Shown in pieces: positions 7,872 to 16,685 of a stretch of 64,000 nucleotides of DNA; position 1 is the first letter of the stretch, and each line of letters opens with the position of its first letter. The translations under genes were made by a program, and so were the position numbers. The notes under the pieces were generated by a model. That model saw nothing but the letters and a program-made list of their open reading frames with translations, made no database searches and was not told the origin of the DNA. Origin of the DNA: an uncultured Ulvibacter sp. (GTDB lineage Bacteria > Bacteroidota > Bacteroidia > Flavobacteriales > Flavobacteriaceae); contig CALIAF010000005.1 in assembly GCA_938041335.1 (NCBI GenBank), positions 25-64,024 on the forward strand, written 5' to 3'.

Positions 7872-9686
7872 ATGGACAATACATCCAATATAAGTGACAA
7901 AGACATCCTAAGAGGAGGTCAATTTTTAGTAAAAGAAACCGCTTGCGAAGATATTTTCACACAAGAAGATTTTACAGAAGAGCAAAAGATGATGAAAGAT
8001 GCGGTGATGGAATTTAATGATCGTGAAATCGTAGCACACAGAGATCGCTTTGAAGCTAAAGACTTTGCATTGACTGAAGAGGTAATGCGTAAAGCAGGTG
8101 AACTAGGATTTTTAAGCGTTGCCGTGCCAGAAGACTTGGGCGGACTAGGTATGGGCTTTGTCTCTACGGTATTAACATGTGACTATATCTCAAGTGGTAC
8201 GGGCTCCTTCTCTACTGCTTTTGGAGCACATACAGGAATTGGTACCATGCCAATTACTTTATATGGTAACGAAGAACAGAAACAAAAATACGTTCCTAAA
8301 TTAGCGAGCGGAGAATGGTTTGGTGCGTATTGCTTAACAGAGCCAGGTGCAGGTAGTGATGCCAATAGCGGTAAAACAAAAGCAGAATTAACAGAAGACG
8401 GGAAGCACTATTTGATCAATGGTCAAAAAATGTGGATCTCAAATGCAGGTTTTTGTACGATAATGATCGTATTTGCACGTATTGGAGATGATAAAAACAT
8501 TACCGGTTTTATCGTTGAGAACGATGCGAGTAATGGAATCACGATGGGTGATGAAGAACACAAATTAGGAATTAGAGCTTCTTCTACAAGACAGGTATTC
8601 TTTAACGATACAAAAGTATCTGTGGACAATATGTTAGCCGGTCGTGGTGAAGGATTTAAAATAGCGATGAATGCACTAAACGTAGGTCGTATTAAGTTGG
8701 CCGCAGCATGTTTAGATTCGCAACGTCGTGTGATTTCTGGCGCTGCAACCTATGCAAATGAGCGTATCCAGTTTAAAACGCCTATCGCGAGTTTTGGAGC
8801 GATCAAATTGAAGTTGGCAGAGATGACTGCTTCGGCGTACGCTGGCGAAAGTGCAACCTACAGAGCTGCAAAAAATATTGAAGACCGTATTAATATGCGT
8901 ATTGCTGCTGGTAACACACATCAAGAAGCAGAATTAAAAGGAGTTGAAGAGTATGCCATTGAGTGTTCTATCTTGAAGGTAGCTGTTTCAGAAGACATAC
9001 AAAACTGTGCAGATGAAGGCATCCAGATCTTTGGTGGGATGGGCTTCTCTGAAGACACCCCTATGGAAGCGGCTTGGAGAGATGCACGTATTGCGCGTAT
9101 CTATGAAGGTACCAACGAGATTAACCGTATGCTAGCGGTAGGAATGTTGGTAAAGAAAGCGATGAAAGGTCACGTTGATCTTTTAGGACCTGCACAAGCG
9201 GTTGCGACAGAGCTTACTTCTATCCCTTCTTTTGAAACGCCAGACTTTAGCGAACTTTTTGCTGAAGAAAAGGATATGATTAAGAAGTTGAAAAAAGTAT
9301 TCCTAATGGTGGCAGGTAGTGCAGCACAGAAATATGGAACAGAACTAGAAAAGCACCAACAGACGTTAATGGCTGCTGCAGATATCTTAATCGAGATCTA
9401 TATGGCAGAAAGTGCGATACTTAGAACAGAAAAGAATGCAAAGCGTTCTGGAGAAGATACACAAGAAGTACAGATTGCAATGTCTAAATTATACTTGTAT
9501 CACGCGGTTGATACCGTTTCTATTAAAGCGAAGGAGTCTATTATCTCTTTTGCTGAAGGTGATGAGCAACGTATGATGTTAATGGGACTTAAGCGTTTCA
9601 CAAAGTATCAGAATATGCCTAACATAGGTGCGATGCGTAAAACGATTGCAGAGAAAGTTTCTGCAGAAGGAAAGTATCCTTTCTAA
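7872..9686 (+). CDS. fadE: Acyl-CoA dehydrogenase
   Basis: CLTEPGAGSDA, GQKMWISNAG, QIFGGMGF, RIYEGTNEINR. Confidence 0.95.
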   Translation: MDNTSNISDKDILRGGQFLVKETACEDIFTQEDFTEEQKMMKDAVMEFNDREIVAHRDRFEAKDFALTEEVMRKAGELGFLSVAVPEDLGGLGMGFVSTVLTCDYISSGTGSFSTAFGAHTGIGTMPITLYGNEEQKQKYVPKLASGEWFGAYCLTEPGAGSDANSGKTKAELTEDGKHYLINGQKMWISNAGFCTIMIVFARIGDDKNITGFIVENDASNGITMGDEEHKLGIRASSTRQVFFNDTKVSVDNMLAGRGEGFKIAMNALNVGRIKLAAACLDSQRRVISGAATYANERIQFKTPIASFGAIKLKLAEMTASAYAGESATYRAAKNIEDRINMRIAAGNTHQEAELKGVEEYAIECSILKVAVSEDIQNCADEGIQIFGGMGFSEDTPMEAAWRDARIARIYEGTNEINRMLAVGMLVKKAMKGHVDLLGPAQAVATELTSIPSFETPDFSELFAEEKDMIKKLKKVFLMVAGSAAQKYGTELEKHQQTLMAAADILIEIYMAESAILRTEKNAKRSGEDTQEVQIAMSKLYLYHAVDTVSIKAKESIISFAEGDEQRMMLMGLKRFTKYQNMPNIGAMRKTIAEKVSAEGKYPF

Positions 9687-9704
9687 TCTAATCTACTTAT
9701 AGAT

Positions 9705-9740
9705 AAGCCTCTCCGTTAAAATGAACGGAGAGGCTTTTTT
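9705..9740 (+). terminator. Intrinsic terminator of the fad operon
   Basis: AAGCCTCTCCGTT-aaaatg-AACGGAGAGGCTT plus T tract. Confidence 0.9.
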
Positions 9741-10043
9741 AGTTTATGGCTTTTATGACTTCCATACTATAAAGGTACCATCCTCCTATTCCTGACTTTC
9801 TGCAAATCATAAAATAATTTCATTTTTTTTGAAATTTCTTTCCATTTTATTGACCTCCTGTAAAAAAAGCCCCGAACACCCTTTAAAGACTAGGGTTATG
9901 AATAGTGCACCTATGCCCTACGCTTCTTAATAACTCAATATTGTTGTTAAACTATTGTTAAAATAGTACTATGCGATACAAAGTACTGTAACAAATATGA
10001 TGATTAATAGTCTACTTAGTATAACCTTTAAAAAATATTTATT

Positions 10044-10130
10044 ATGAGAACTTTAAATACAGACCACTTAACAGAAAGAGTAACAACATCACATATCCAT
10101 ATTTGGAATTCAAAAAGACGTTACAGATAA
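10044..10130 (+). CDS. Micro-ORF 1, 28 aa, WNxKRRY family
   Basis: MRTLNTDHLTERVTTSHIHIWNSKRRYR; A-rich start context; paralogy with the next two ORFs. Confidence 0.75.
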   Translation: MRTLNTDHLTERVTTSHIHIWNSKRRYR

Positions 10131-10163
10131 ACTTAATTTTAATCAATCAAAAAACCAATCATT

Positions 10164-10253
10164 ATGAGAAATTCAAAATCAGATCAAATAATAGAGAGAT
10201 CAAATAATTCACATATTCAAATATGGAATTCAAAAAGAAGATACAGAAGCTAA
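10164..10253 (+). CDS. Micro-ORF 2, 29 aa, WNxKRRY family
   Basis: MRNSKSDQIIERSNNSHIQIWNSKRRYRS. Confidence 0.75.
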   Translation: MRNSKSDQIIERSNNSHIQIWNSKRRYRS

Positions 10254-10296
10254 ACTAAGGTTAGCCATTAATTACTAATCATAAAAACAACCCATC

Positions 10297-10383
10297 ATGA
10301 TCACATTAAACAGAAATCACTTTTCGGCAACAACACTATCAAAATCTTTTACTTGGAACCAAAAAAGAAGGTATTCTAACTAA
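10297..10383 (+). CDS. Micro-ORF 3, 28 aa, WNxKRRY family
   Basis: MITLNRNHFSATTLSKSFTWNQKRRYSN. Confidence 0.7.
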   Translation: MITLNRNHFSATTLSKSFTWNQKRRYSN

Positions 10384-10419
10384 GGAGGTTATTTATCAAT
10401 CAATCTTTAATCAAGCGCC

Positions 10420-10536
10420 ATGAAAAGAAAGCAAAACATCAAAATAAGAGAATGGGTAGGTAACGCTGTTCCATCAGTACTACTACGCCCCTTTGAAACG
10501 AGACTAGAAAGTAATTCATTTTTAAGCATCCATTAA
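10420..10536 (+). CDS. Micro-ORF 4, 38 aa, unrelated to ORFs 1-3
   Basis: MKRKQNIKIREWVGNAVPSVLLRPFETRLESNSFLSIH; same ~120-130 nt start spacing; ends just before the palindrome. Confidence 0.45.
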   Translation: MKRKQNIKIREWVGNAVPSVLLRPFETRLESNSFLSIH

Positions 10537-10560
10537 GAATACGCATACTTGGTACCCACC

Positions 10561-10604
10561 AAAGTAAAAGCTGAATGTATCGAGATACATTCAGCTTTTA
10601 CTTT
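10561..10604. terminator. Perfect 21-bp-arm palindrome, probable bidirectional terminator
   Basis: AAAGTAAAAGCTGAATGTATC-GA-GATACATTCAGCTTTTACTTT between convergent transcription units. Confidence 0.7.
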
Positions 10605-10642
10605 TACTTTTACTTTTACTTTTACTTTTATTTTTACTTTTA
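10595..10642. repeat. Hexamer microsatellite (CTTTTA)x8
   Basis: Six perfect CTTTTA units, then TTTTTA and CTTTTA. Confidence 0.95.
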
Positions 10643-10655
10643 TTTTAAACCGGAG

Positions 10656-11069
10656 CTAGGCCTTGGTCATAAGAAAACTATGTTTCTTCACCTTAAACTC
10701 GACGGTCTCATAATGTCCAGCTTGTATTTTTTTAATCTGCGCTTTTGTCACATCAAAACTAATCTGGGCAACGTGGCGTTGTAATGGCTTTGCATAGTCG
10801 CAATCAAATTCTTGAATGGCAGAAGGCAATGAATATGTGCCTTGTTTCCCGCTAAAGATGATGGTAGCCCCTACTTTGCTTTTAAAGCGCTTCGTACTTA
10901 CAAACAAGCCTTCAAAAAAATAATATTCGTTCAACTCTTGAAAACCACCAAACAATAGCATCTCTTCAGAAACACCAAGCTTTTGACCATCCTCCACTTT
11001 CATTTCCTTCTCCACCTCTTCATTGGTCATGAGGTTTGTTTTTTTTGCACCGAAGATTTTTTTAAGCAT
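10656..11069 (-). CDS. Hypothetical protein
   Basis: 137-aa ORF, 8 nt after the upstream gene's stop; no recognised motif. Confidence 0.7.
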   Translation of the reverse strand: MLKKIFGAKKTNLMTNEEVEKEMKVEDGQKLGVSEEMLLFGGFQELNEYYFFEGLFVSTKRFKSKVGATIIFSGKQGTYSLPSAIQEFDCDYAKPLQRHVAQISFDVTKAQIKKIQAGHYETVEFKVKKHSFLMTKA

Positions 11070-11077
11070 AGATGTTT

Positions 11078-12226
11078 TTATTTCTGTAATTTAATAATAG
11101 TTTGATTGCGATCTAAGTTGGTAACAACAGCGATAAATAAACCTTCAGAGAGCGCAGCGGTGTTTATGACCATTTGGCTGTCTGGAAACTTATGGTTTTC
11201 AGATAATACTAATTGCCCCAAGGTAGTATATATTTCTACTTGAATTTCAGTTTCAAGACGATCTAAATATAAAACGAGCTCCTGGTCTATTGGGTTTTTA
11301 GCAGTGATAAAAGACGATTCAGTACTTTCCGAAGTGCCTAACACTTGTGGCAGTACCACGCGCATACCTACTGGTCTATGGTCAGAAACGTTTTGATCAT
11401 ATTCCGTAAAACCACCCGCTAAAAAGGCATCTACTTTAATTGTTTCTACTCCTCCACCATAAGCAAAAAACGGCGTAAAGAGCTCTTTATTAATTAAAAT
11501 ATGATCTAAATGTGAAGGCCAAGATGGGTATGAAAAATGTGCCGATGGCCCCATTGCGATTTCCAAATCTGTAAAAAGGTAATTGTCAGGATCATCCAGA
11601 AAATTCTGAAATACATTATTCTGGGGATCATCAGTTAAATTATCATTTAAGTCCCCTAAAAGCACTGTTGGAACAGTAGATAGCTCTGCATCCATATATG
11701 CTTTTAGTAATAAATTTGCATTGTACCTTCGTGTTTCTTCATCACCACTATCGTCGAGATCAAGATCTCCATCCCCACAACATTTATAGTGATTATTAAT
11801 TAACACCACTTTCTCTTGATAGTAATTTACATCAAGTACCATAGGGAATCTAGGAAAATTGAAGGACTCTGGCGGTGCTAAAAACAACTCGTAGGCGCTG
11901 TTAATACTTATTATGTCAGATTTGTATAAATAAGCAAGTCCTCTGTTATTTGTAGATTGATAATAACCATCATATTCCGCTAGCAAATCTACTAAGTCAT
12001 TAAAATAAAAATAATCATCAACTTCTTGTATAGCAATGATATCTGCATCTATTGCTTCTACGATGGCAACAACATACTGTAATGTGATTTCGTCATTTTT
12101 GGGAAACCACTCTATATTCCAAGTGACAATATCCAGTGTTTCTTCTGTACCAAATTCAATATCTTCTAAGGTCTGCGAGCAGATGGTAGAGAATGGGATG
12201 AGTAAAAAAAGGAGTAAAAACCGCAT
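11078..12226 (-). CDS. Secreted endonuclease/exonuclease/phosphatase-family protein with T9SS C-terminal domain
   Basis: Signal peptide; TWNIEWF, IAIQEV, LGDLND, HLDHILI, SDHRPV; CTD-like tail (NPIDQEL...IYTTLGQLV...IIKLQK). Confidence 0.88.
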   Translation of the reverse strand: MRFLLLFLLIPFSTICSQTLEDIEFGTEETLDIVTWNIEWFPKNDEITLQYVVAIVEAIDADIIAIQEVDDYFYFNDLVDLLAEYDGYYQSTNNRGLAYLYKSDIISINSAYELFLAPPESFNFPRFPMVLDVNYYQEKVVLINNHYKCCGDGDLDLDDSGDEETRRYNANLLLKAYMDAELSTVPTVLLGDLNDNLTDDPQNNVFQNFLDDPDNYLFTDLEIAMGPSAHFSYPSWPSHLDHILINKELFTPFFAYGGGVETIKVDAFLAGGFTEYDQNVSDHRPVGMRVVLPQVLGTSESTESSFITAKNPIDQELVLYLDRLETEIQVEIYTTLGQLVLSENHKFPDSQMVINTAALSEGLFIAVVTNLDRNQTIIKLQK

Positions 12227-12304
12227 AGCTTTACAAAATTAACCATAATTTAGACTACGTGTTATCTTTAAAGGAAATTTAAGATAAATTTAAATTTATA
12301 AGCT

Positions 12305-13861
12305 ATGTATTTTCGTCCGTTTTTAGTCTTTATCCTGTGTTCATTTGCTGTTCAGGCGCAACAAGAAACGGAGATTTATTTTTTTGAATTTTATAAAGTA
12401 CAAGATACTACACCAATTGTAACTTTTAATTTTAAAAATATATCGCAAAATAAAGGGTATGACAGTCAGCCCTCTTTTATTAGTAATTTTGAGATTATTT
12501 ATGCCGGAACTCATAATTCGCAAACCGAGATATTATATCACGATACCTCTCGCGAAATTACTGAACAAATAAATGCTCCTACTTTAGGCGGAGAATACTC
12601 CCCGCAATGGATTCCTAACTCTAAAGAAATTGCTGCCGTACGTCTGGATCCAAATGGTCTACAGCGCTTATACAGTTATAACGTTACAGAGGATGGTTCT
12701 GGCAGTAGTAAAGAACTCCTCGCAGATTATAAAGTTGCCTATTTTACATTTTACGACAACAATAATATTGTCGCTTCTGTTATTGAAGACGACCAATTAA
12801 ATCTTATTAAAGCAAACCTAAGCACTGGTGTAGTAGCTTCTATTACTACAAATACTGGGCGATCTATACACAAAGTACCAGAATCTAAAAACGTAAGCTA
12901 TACAGCGGTTAATGAAGACGGCATACACGAAGTTTATATTATTGACATATTGGGAGATAATCAAAGTTATTACGTCTGTGATTTACCTGTCGGAATCCAA
13001 GATCATTGCTGGCTTAACGCTACCGAGTTACTATTAGGAAGCGGTAGTAAATTATATAAGTATGATCTCTTCGGAAATGGGAAGTGGGAAGAAGTAGCAG
13101 ATCTATCGGATGCTAATATTTCAGAAATAAATAGAATTACGGTAAGTCCTGACAAAAGTAAAATTGCACTCGTGGGCAGTCCCATAAAACCATTGCTTAC
13201 TCCTGGAGTTATTGTAGACGCACATATCGCGCCTTTTAATGAACGAAATCTTCGCGCGTTTTCTGAAGCATTCTCAGAAGATGTTATTGTAAAAAGATTT
13301 CCGGCAGATACCACACAGGTGGGTCGTCAAGCATTATACGATAGCTACCAATCATTTTTTAAGAATAAAGAAAATTTTAATGTTTCGGTAACCAATAGGA
13401 TGATCCATAATGACTGGGTGATTGATGAAGAAAAGGTAATCGTAGATGATAAAACACATCATCAAGCCACACTGTATAATACGCAAGGCGGGTACATTTC
13501 AGAAATGACCTTTCTAGAACGAAAACGTAATAACAATCCGGAGCTTTTGGTAGATAAACAACTAGAGGGATACAATGCACGAGATATAGATGCCTTTATG
13601 GAGCCTTTTGACGAACAAGTTGTTTTTATGGATTATCCATCAACCGTCCTCTTTAAAGGTAAAGATGCCCTTAGAGATAGTTTTAAATCATTTTTTGATG
13701 AGACACCCAATTTAAATGTGACCCTTAAAAACAGAATAGTGAATGGAAACAAAGTTATTGATCAAGAAGTAGTCGTGATGAACACTTCAATTATACATGC
13801 TGTCGCCATTTATGAGGTCGAAAATAATAAAATAATAAAAGTTACTTTTTTACCTAATTAA
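12305..13861 (+). CDS. Secreted TolB-like beta-propeller fused to two NTF2/SnoaL-like domains
   Basis: GYDSQPSF, EYSPQWIP, ITVSPD; two repeats IVDAHIAPFNERNLRAF / LVDKQLEGYNARDIDAF...NRIVNGNKVIDQE. Confidence 0.75.
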   Translation: MYFRPFLVFILCSFAVQAQQETEIYFFEFYKVQDTTPIVTFNFKNISQNKGYDSQPSFISNFEIIYAGTHNSQTEILYHDTSREITEQINAPTLGGEYSPQWIPNSKEIAAVRLDPNGLQRLYSYNVTEDGSGSSKELLADYKVAYFTFYDNNNIVASVIEDDQLNLIKANLSTGVVASITTNTGRSIHKVPESKNVSYTAVNEDGIHEVYIIDILGDNQSYYVCDLPVGIQDHCWLNATELLLGSGSKLYKYDLFGNGKWEEVADLSDANISEINRITVSPDKSKIALVGSPIKPLLTPGVIVDAHIAPFNERNLRAFSEAFSEDVIVKRFPADTTQVGRQALYDSYQSFFKNKENFNVSVTNRMIHNDWVIDEEKVIVDDKTHHQATLYNTQGGYISEMTFLERKRNNNPELLVDKQLEGYNARDIDAFMEPFDEQVVFMDYPSTVLFKGKDALRDSFKSFFDETPNLNVTLKNRIVNGNKVIDQEVVVMNTSIIHAVAIYEVENNKIIKVTFLPN

Positions 13862-13911
13862 CCCATAAGCAACCTATTCTTTTTACGTAATTTTATCCAA
13901 AACCATTAGCT

Positions 13912-15243
13912 ATGAAATACTTCCTGTTTTTCTTTATAACTGCGGCATCCACAATATGCACGGCACAAACAGACCAGAGAATTTACGATATTATAGAAGC
14001 CGTTTCTACAGAACGCATAGAAGCAGATATAACCACTTTAGCTGGGTTTGGAACGCGTAACACGTTTAGTGATACCATTAGTGACACACGAGGTATAGGT
14101 GCTGCTAGACGTTGGATTAAGAACGAATTTGATGATATCTCCTCTAAATGCTATGGTTGTATGGATGTCTTTTACCAAAAAGATTTAGTGCTTGCAGAAG
14201 GCAATCAGAGAGTTCCTATGGATACCTGGGTGGTCAATGTGGTTGCCATACAGAAAAGTAGAACGGGTTCTAATCGCTACATTATAATGAGTGGTGATAT
14301 AGATTCTCGCAATAGCGATGGCAGCAATTATACAAAAGACGCCCCTGGCGCAAATGATAATGCTAGTGGTATGGCGGGTGCCATAGAAGCAGCCAGAGTG
14401 TTAACGCAATATCAATTTGATGCAAACATTGTCTACTTAGGATTGAGCGGCGAAGAACAAGGGCTTTTTGGTGGTGCAGGTTTTGCAGCCTATGCAAAAG
14501 AAAAAGGTTGGGATATTATTGGGGTACTTAATAATGATATGATCGGAAATATTAAAGGCGTGGATGGCGTGATAAGCAATGTAGATTTCAGGATTTTTAG
14601 TGAGCCGGTTCCTCCTACAGAAACAGAGCGTGAGCGTAAAATGCGTCGTTTTTATGGTGGCGAAGTAGATGGGATTTCTCGTCAACTAGCCCGCTATGTC
14701 CATAAAACCACAAAGACCTATATGCCAGAGATGAACCCAATGATGATTTATCGCTTAGACCGTTTTGGGCGAGGTGGGCACCACCGTCCTTTCAATGATT
14801 TAGGTTTTGCAGGTATTCGAATTATGGAAGCGCACGAGAACTACACGCAACAGCATCAAGATATTCGTACAGAAGATGGGATTGAGTATGGTGATAAACT
14901 TAAGTTTGTAGATTTTGACTATGCAAAAAAGTTAACAGCTGTAAATGCAATAACGATGGCAAGTTTGGGCTTTGCACCTTTACAACCGGCAGAAGTATCC
15001 ATAGGTGGGATTGTAGCACCCTCTGCAAAATTTAAATGGACAAAGAGCAAGAATGCAGTAGGGTATAAAATATACTGGAGAGATACTACAAGTCCTACTT
15101 GGGATCACAGTCGCTATGTGGGTGATGTGTCTGAATTTACTTTAGACGGTATCGTGATTGATAATTTTTTCTTCGGTATCGCAGCAGTGGGTAAAGATGG
15201 GCACGAGAGTGTGGTTGTGTTTCCGAATGCTGTTTTTAGGTAA
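13912..15243 (+). CDS. M28-family metallopeptidase with C-terminal FN3-like domain
   Basis: DIDSR, GANDNASG, EEQGLFG, NNDMIG, DRFGRGGHHRPF. Confidence 0.88.
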   Translation: MKYFLFFFITAASTICTAQTDQRIYDIIEAVSTERIEADITTLAGFGTRNTFSDTISDTRGIGAARRWIKNEFDDISSKCYGCMDVFYQKDLVLAEGNQRVPMDTWVVNVVAIQKSRTGSNRYIIMSGDIDSRNSDGSNYTKDAPGANDNASGMAGAIEAARVLTQYQFDANIVYLGLSGEEQGLFGGAGFAAYAKEKGWDIIGVLNNDMIGNIKGVDGVISNVDFRIFSEPVPPTETERERKMRRFYGGEVDGISRQLARYVHKTTKTYMPEMNPMMIYRLDRFGRGGHHRPFNDLGFAGIRIMEAHENYTQQHQDIRTEDGIEYGDKLKFVDFDYAKKLTAVNAITMASLGFAPLQPAEVSIGGIVAPSAKFKWTKSKNAVGYKIYWRDTTSPTWDHSRYVGDVSEFTLDGIVIDNFFFGIAAVGKDGHESVVVFPNAVFR

Positions 15244-15299
15244 TCGTATTTTTGCACCTAATTGCCAGTAATAAAATCTAAAAACAAAACCCAAATCAT

Positions 15300-16598
15300 A
15301 TGAGTAAGTATTTAATAGCTTCATTTTTAATGATTTTGTTGACTTGTAGTTGCAACAAAACCGATAATGAGAATACTGATGATGGAGCTGCAACATTAGA
15401 TTCGCCTAATATTATTTTGATCATCGCTGACGATTTAGGCAAGGATGCTATCTCTGGTTTTACAGAAGGAACTGTTAAGCCAAATACAAGCAACATAAAT
15501 GCGATAAGAACCGCTGGTCTTTCCTTTAATAATTTATGGGTTTACCCTACTTGTTCTCCTACTCGATCTTCTATAATTACGGGTAAATATGGTTATAGTA
15601 CTGGTGTAAAATGGGCAGGCGACGCTTTGTCCACCTCAGAAAATATTTTACAAAATTATATAAATACGCAAACCAATAACAAATATGCTACAGCTGTTAT
15701 AGGCAAATGGCACTTATCTGGAGCTGGAAATACTACATTTAACCCAGAAACATTGGGAATCAATTATTATGCTGGGGTATTATCTGGCGCTAGTGATTAT
15801 TATGATTGGGTGCTTAGAGAAGATGGCTCAAGTGTAACCCAAAATAATTATATAACAGAAAAATTTACTGATATGTCTATTGAATGGATTGACGCACAGG
15901 ATAAACCATTTTTTTTATGGCTAGCATATACTGCACCGCATACACCTTTTCATACCCCTCCATCAGAGATGCATTCACAAGGGAATTTACCTGAGTATAG
16001 TAAAGGTATGGATCCAGAACCCTATTATATGGCCGCAATTGAAGCCATGGATTTTCAAATAGGTAGACTTTTAAGTAGTATTCCAGATGATGAACTAGAA
16101 AACACAACAATTATTTTTATTGGGGATAATGGCTCTCCAAATCAAGTGGCACAATTTCCATATAGTAATGCAACTGCAAAAGGAACATTATATCAAGGTG
16201 GAATTAATACGCCTATGTTTATTTCTGGACCTAGTGTTTCTAGAACAGGAAGTGATAGTAATCTTATTTCTGGAACCGACTTGTTTGCCACGATATCAGA
16301 GTTATCCGGTGTTACTGTGCCTGAAATTAATGATAGTAAAAGTTTTAAGTCACTCTTAACATCAACGGATACCATACGTGAATTCCAATATTCCGAAATG
16401 AATGATGGAGAAAATGATTTATGGAGCATAAGAAATAACCAGTTCAAATTAATAGTTAATAATACTGGAGATGCAGAAATGTATGATTTAGAAATTGATC
16501 CTTATGAAAATATAAACTTGCTCAATACCACATTAACAAATGTGCAATTACAGGCGAAAAACGAATTAGAAATTGAACTTTCTGAAATACGTAATTAA
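15300..16598 (+). CDS. Sulfatase-like hydrolase, lipoprotein
   Basis: PNIILIIADDLG, CSPTR (CxPxR formylglycine motif), IGKWHL, APHTPFH, GDNG. Confidence 0.92.
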   Translation: MSKYLIASFLMILLTCSCNKTDNENTDDGAATLDSPNIILIIADDLGKDAISGFTEGTVKPNTSNINAIRTAGLSFNNLWVYPTCSPTRSSIITGKYGYSTGVKWAGDALSTSENILQNYINTQTNNKYATAVIGKWHLSGAGNTTFNPETLGINYYAGVLSGASDYYDWVLREDGSSVTQNNYITEKFTDMSIEWIDAQDKPFFLWLAYTAPHTPFHTPPSEMHSQGNLPEYSKGMDPEPYYMAAIEAMDFQIGRLLSSIPDDELENTTIIFIGDNGSPNQVAQFPYSNATAKGTLYQGGINTPMFISGPSVSRTGSDSNLISGTDLFATISELSGVTVPEINDSKSFKSLLTSTDTIREFQYSEMNDGENDLWSIRNNQFKLIVNNTGDAEMYDLEIDPYENINLLNTTLTNVQLQAKNELEIELSEIRN

Positions 16599-16685
16599 AA
16601 CTTGACTGAGATGATAAAAAATTACAGTGAGGTTTATTAACTTTGAGTTTTTAATTACATATTCATTCCACAATACAAATACTAA

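Noticed and set aside
9966-9984. Second MarR operator (TACTATGC-GAT-ACAAAGTA) upstream of the micro-ORFs
   Set aside because: One half-site matches, but the spacer is 3 rather than 2 nt and the other half matches only 5/8
10575-10784. 69-aa ORF with FYFYFY run
   Set aside because: Artefact of the CTTTTA microsatellite; starts inside the palindrome and overlaps a real gene antisense
11139-11175. GAGCGCAGCGG motif as a repeat insertion in the EEP gene
   Set aside because: On the coding strand it reads INTAALSEGLF, which fits the normal T9SS CTD consensus
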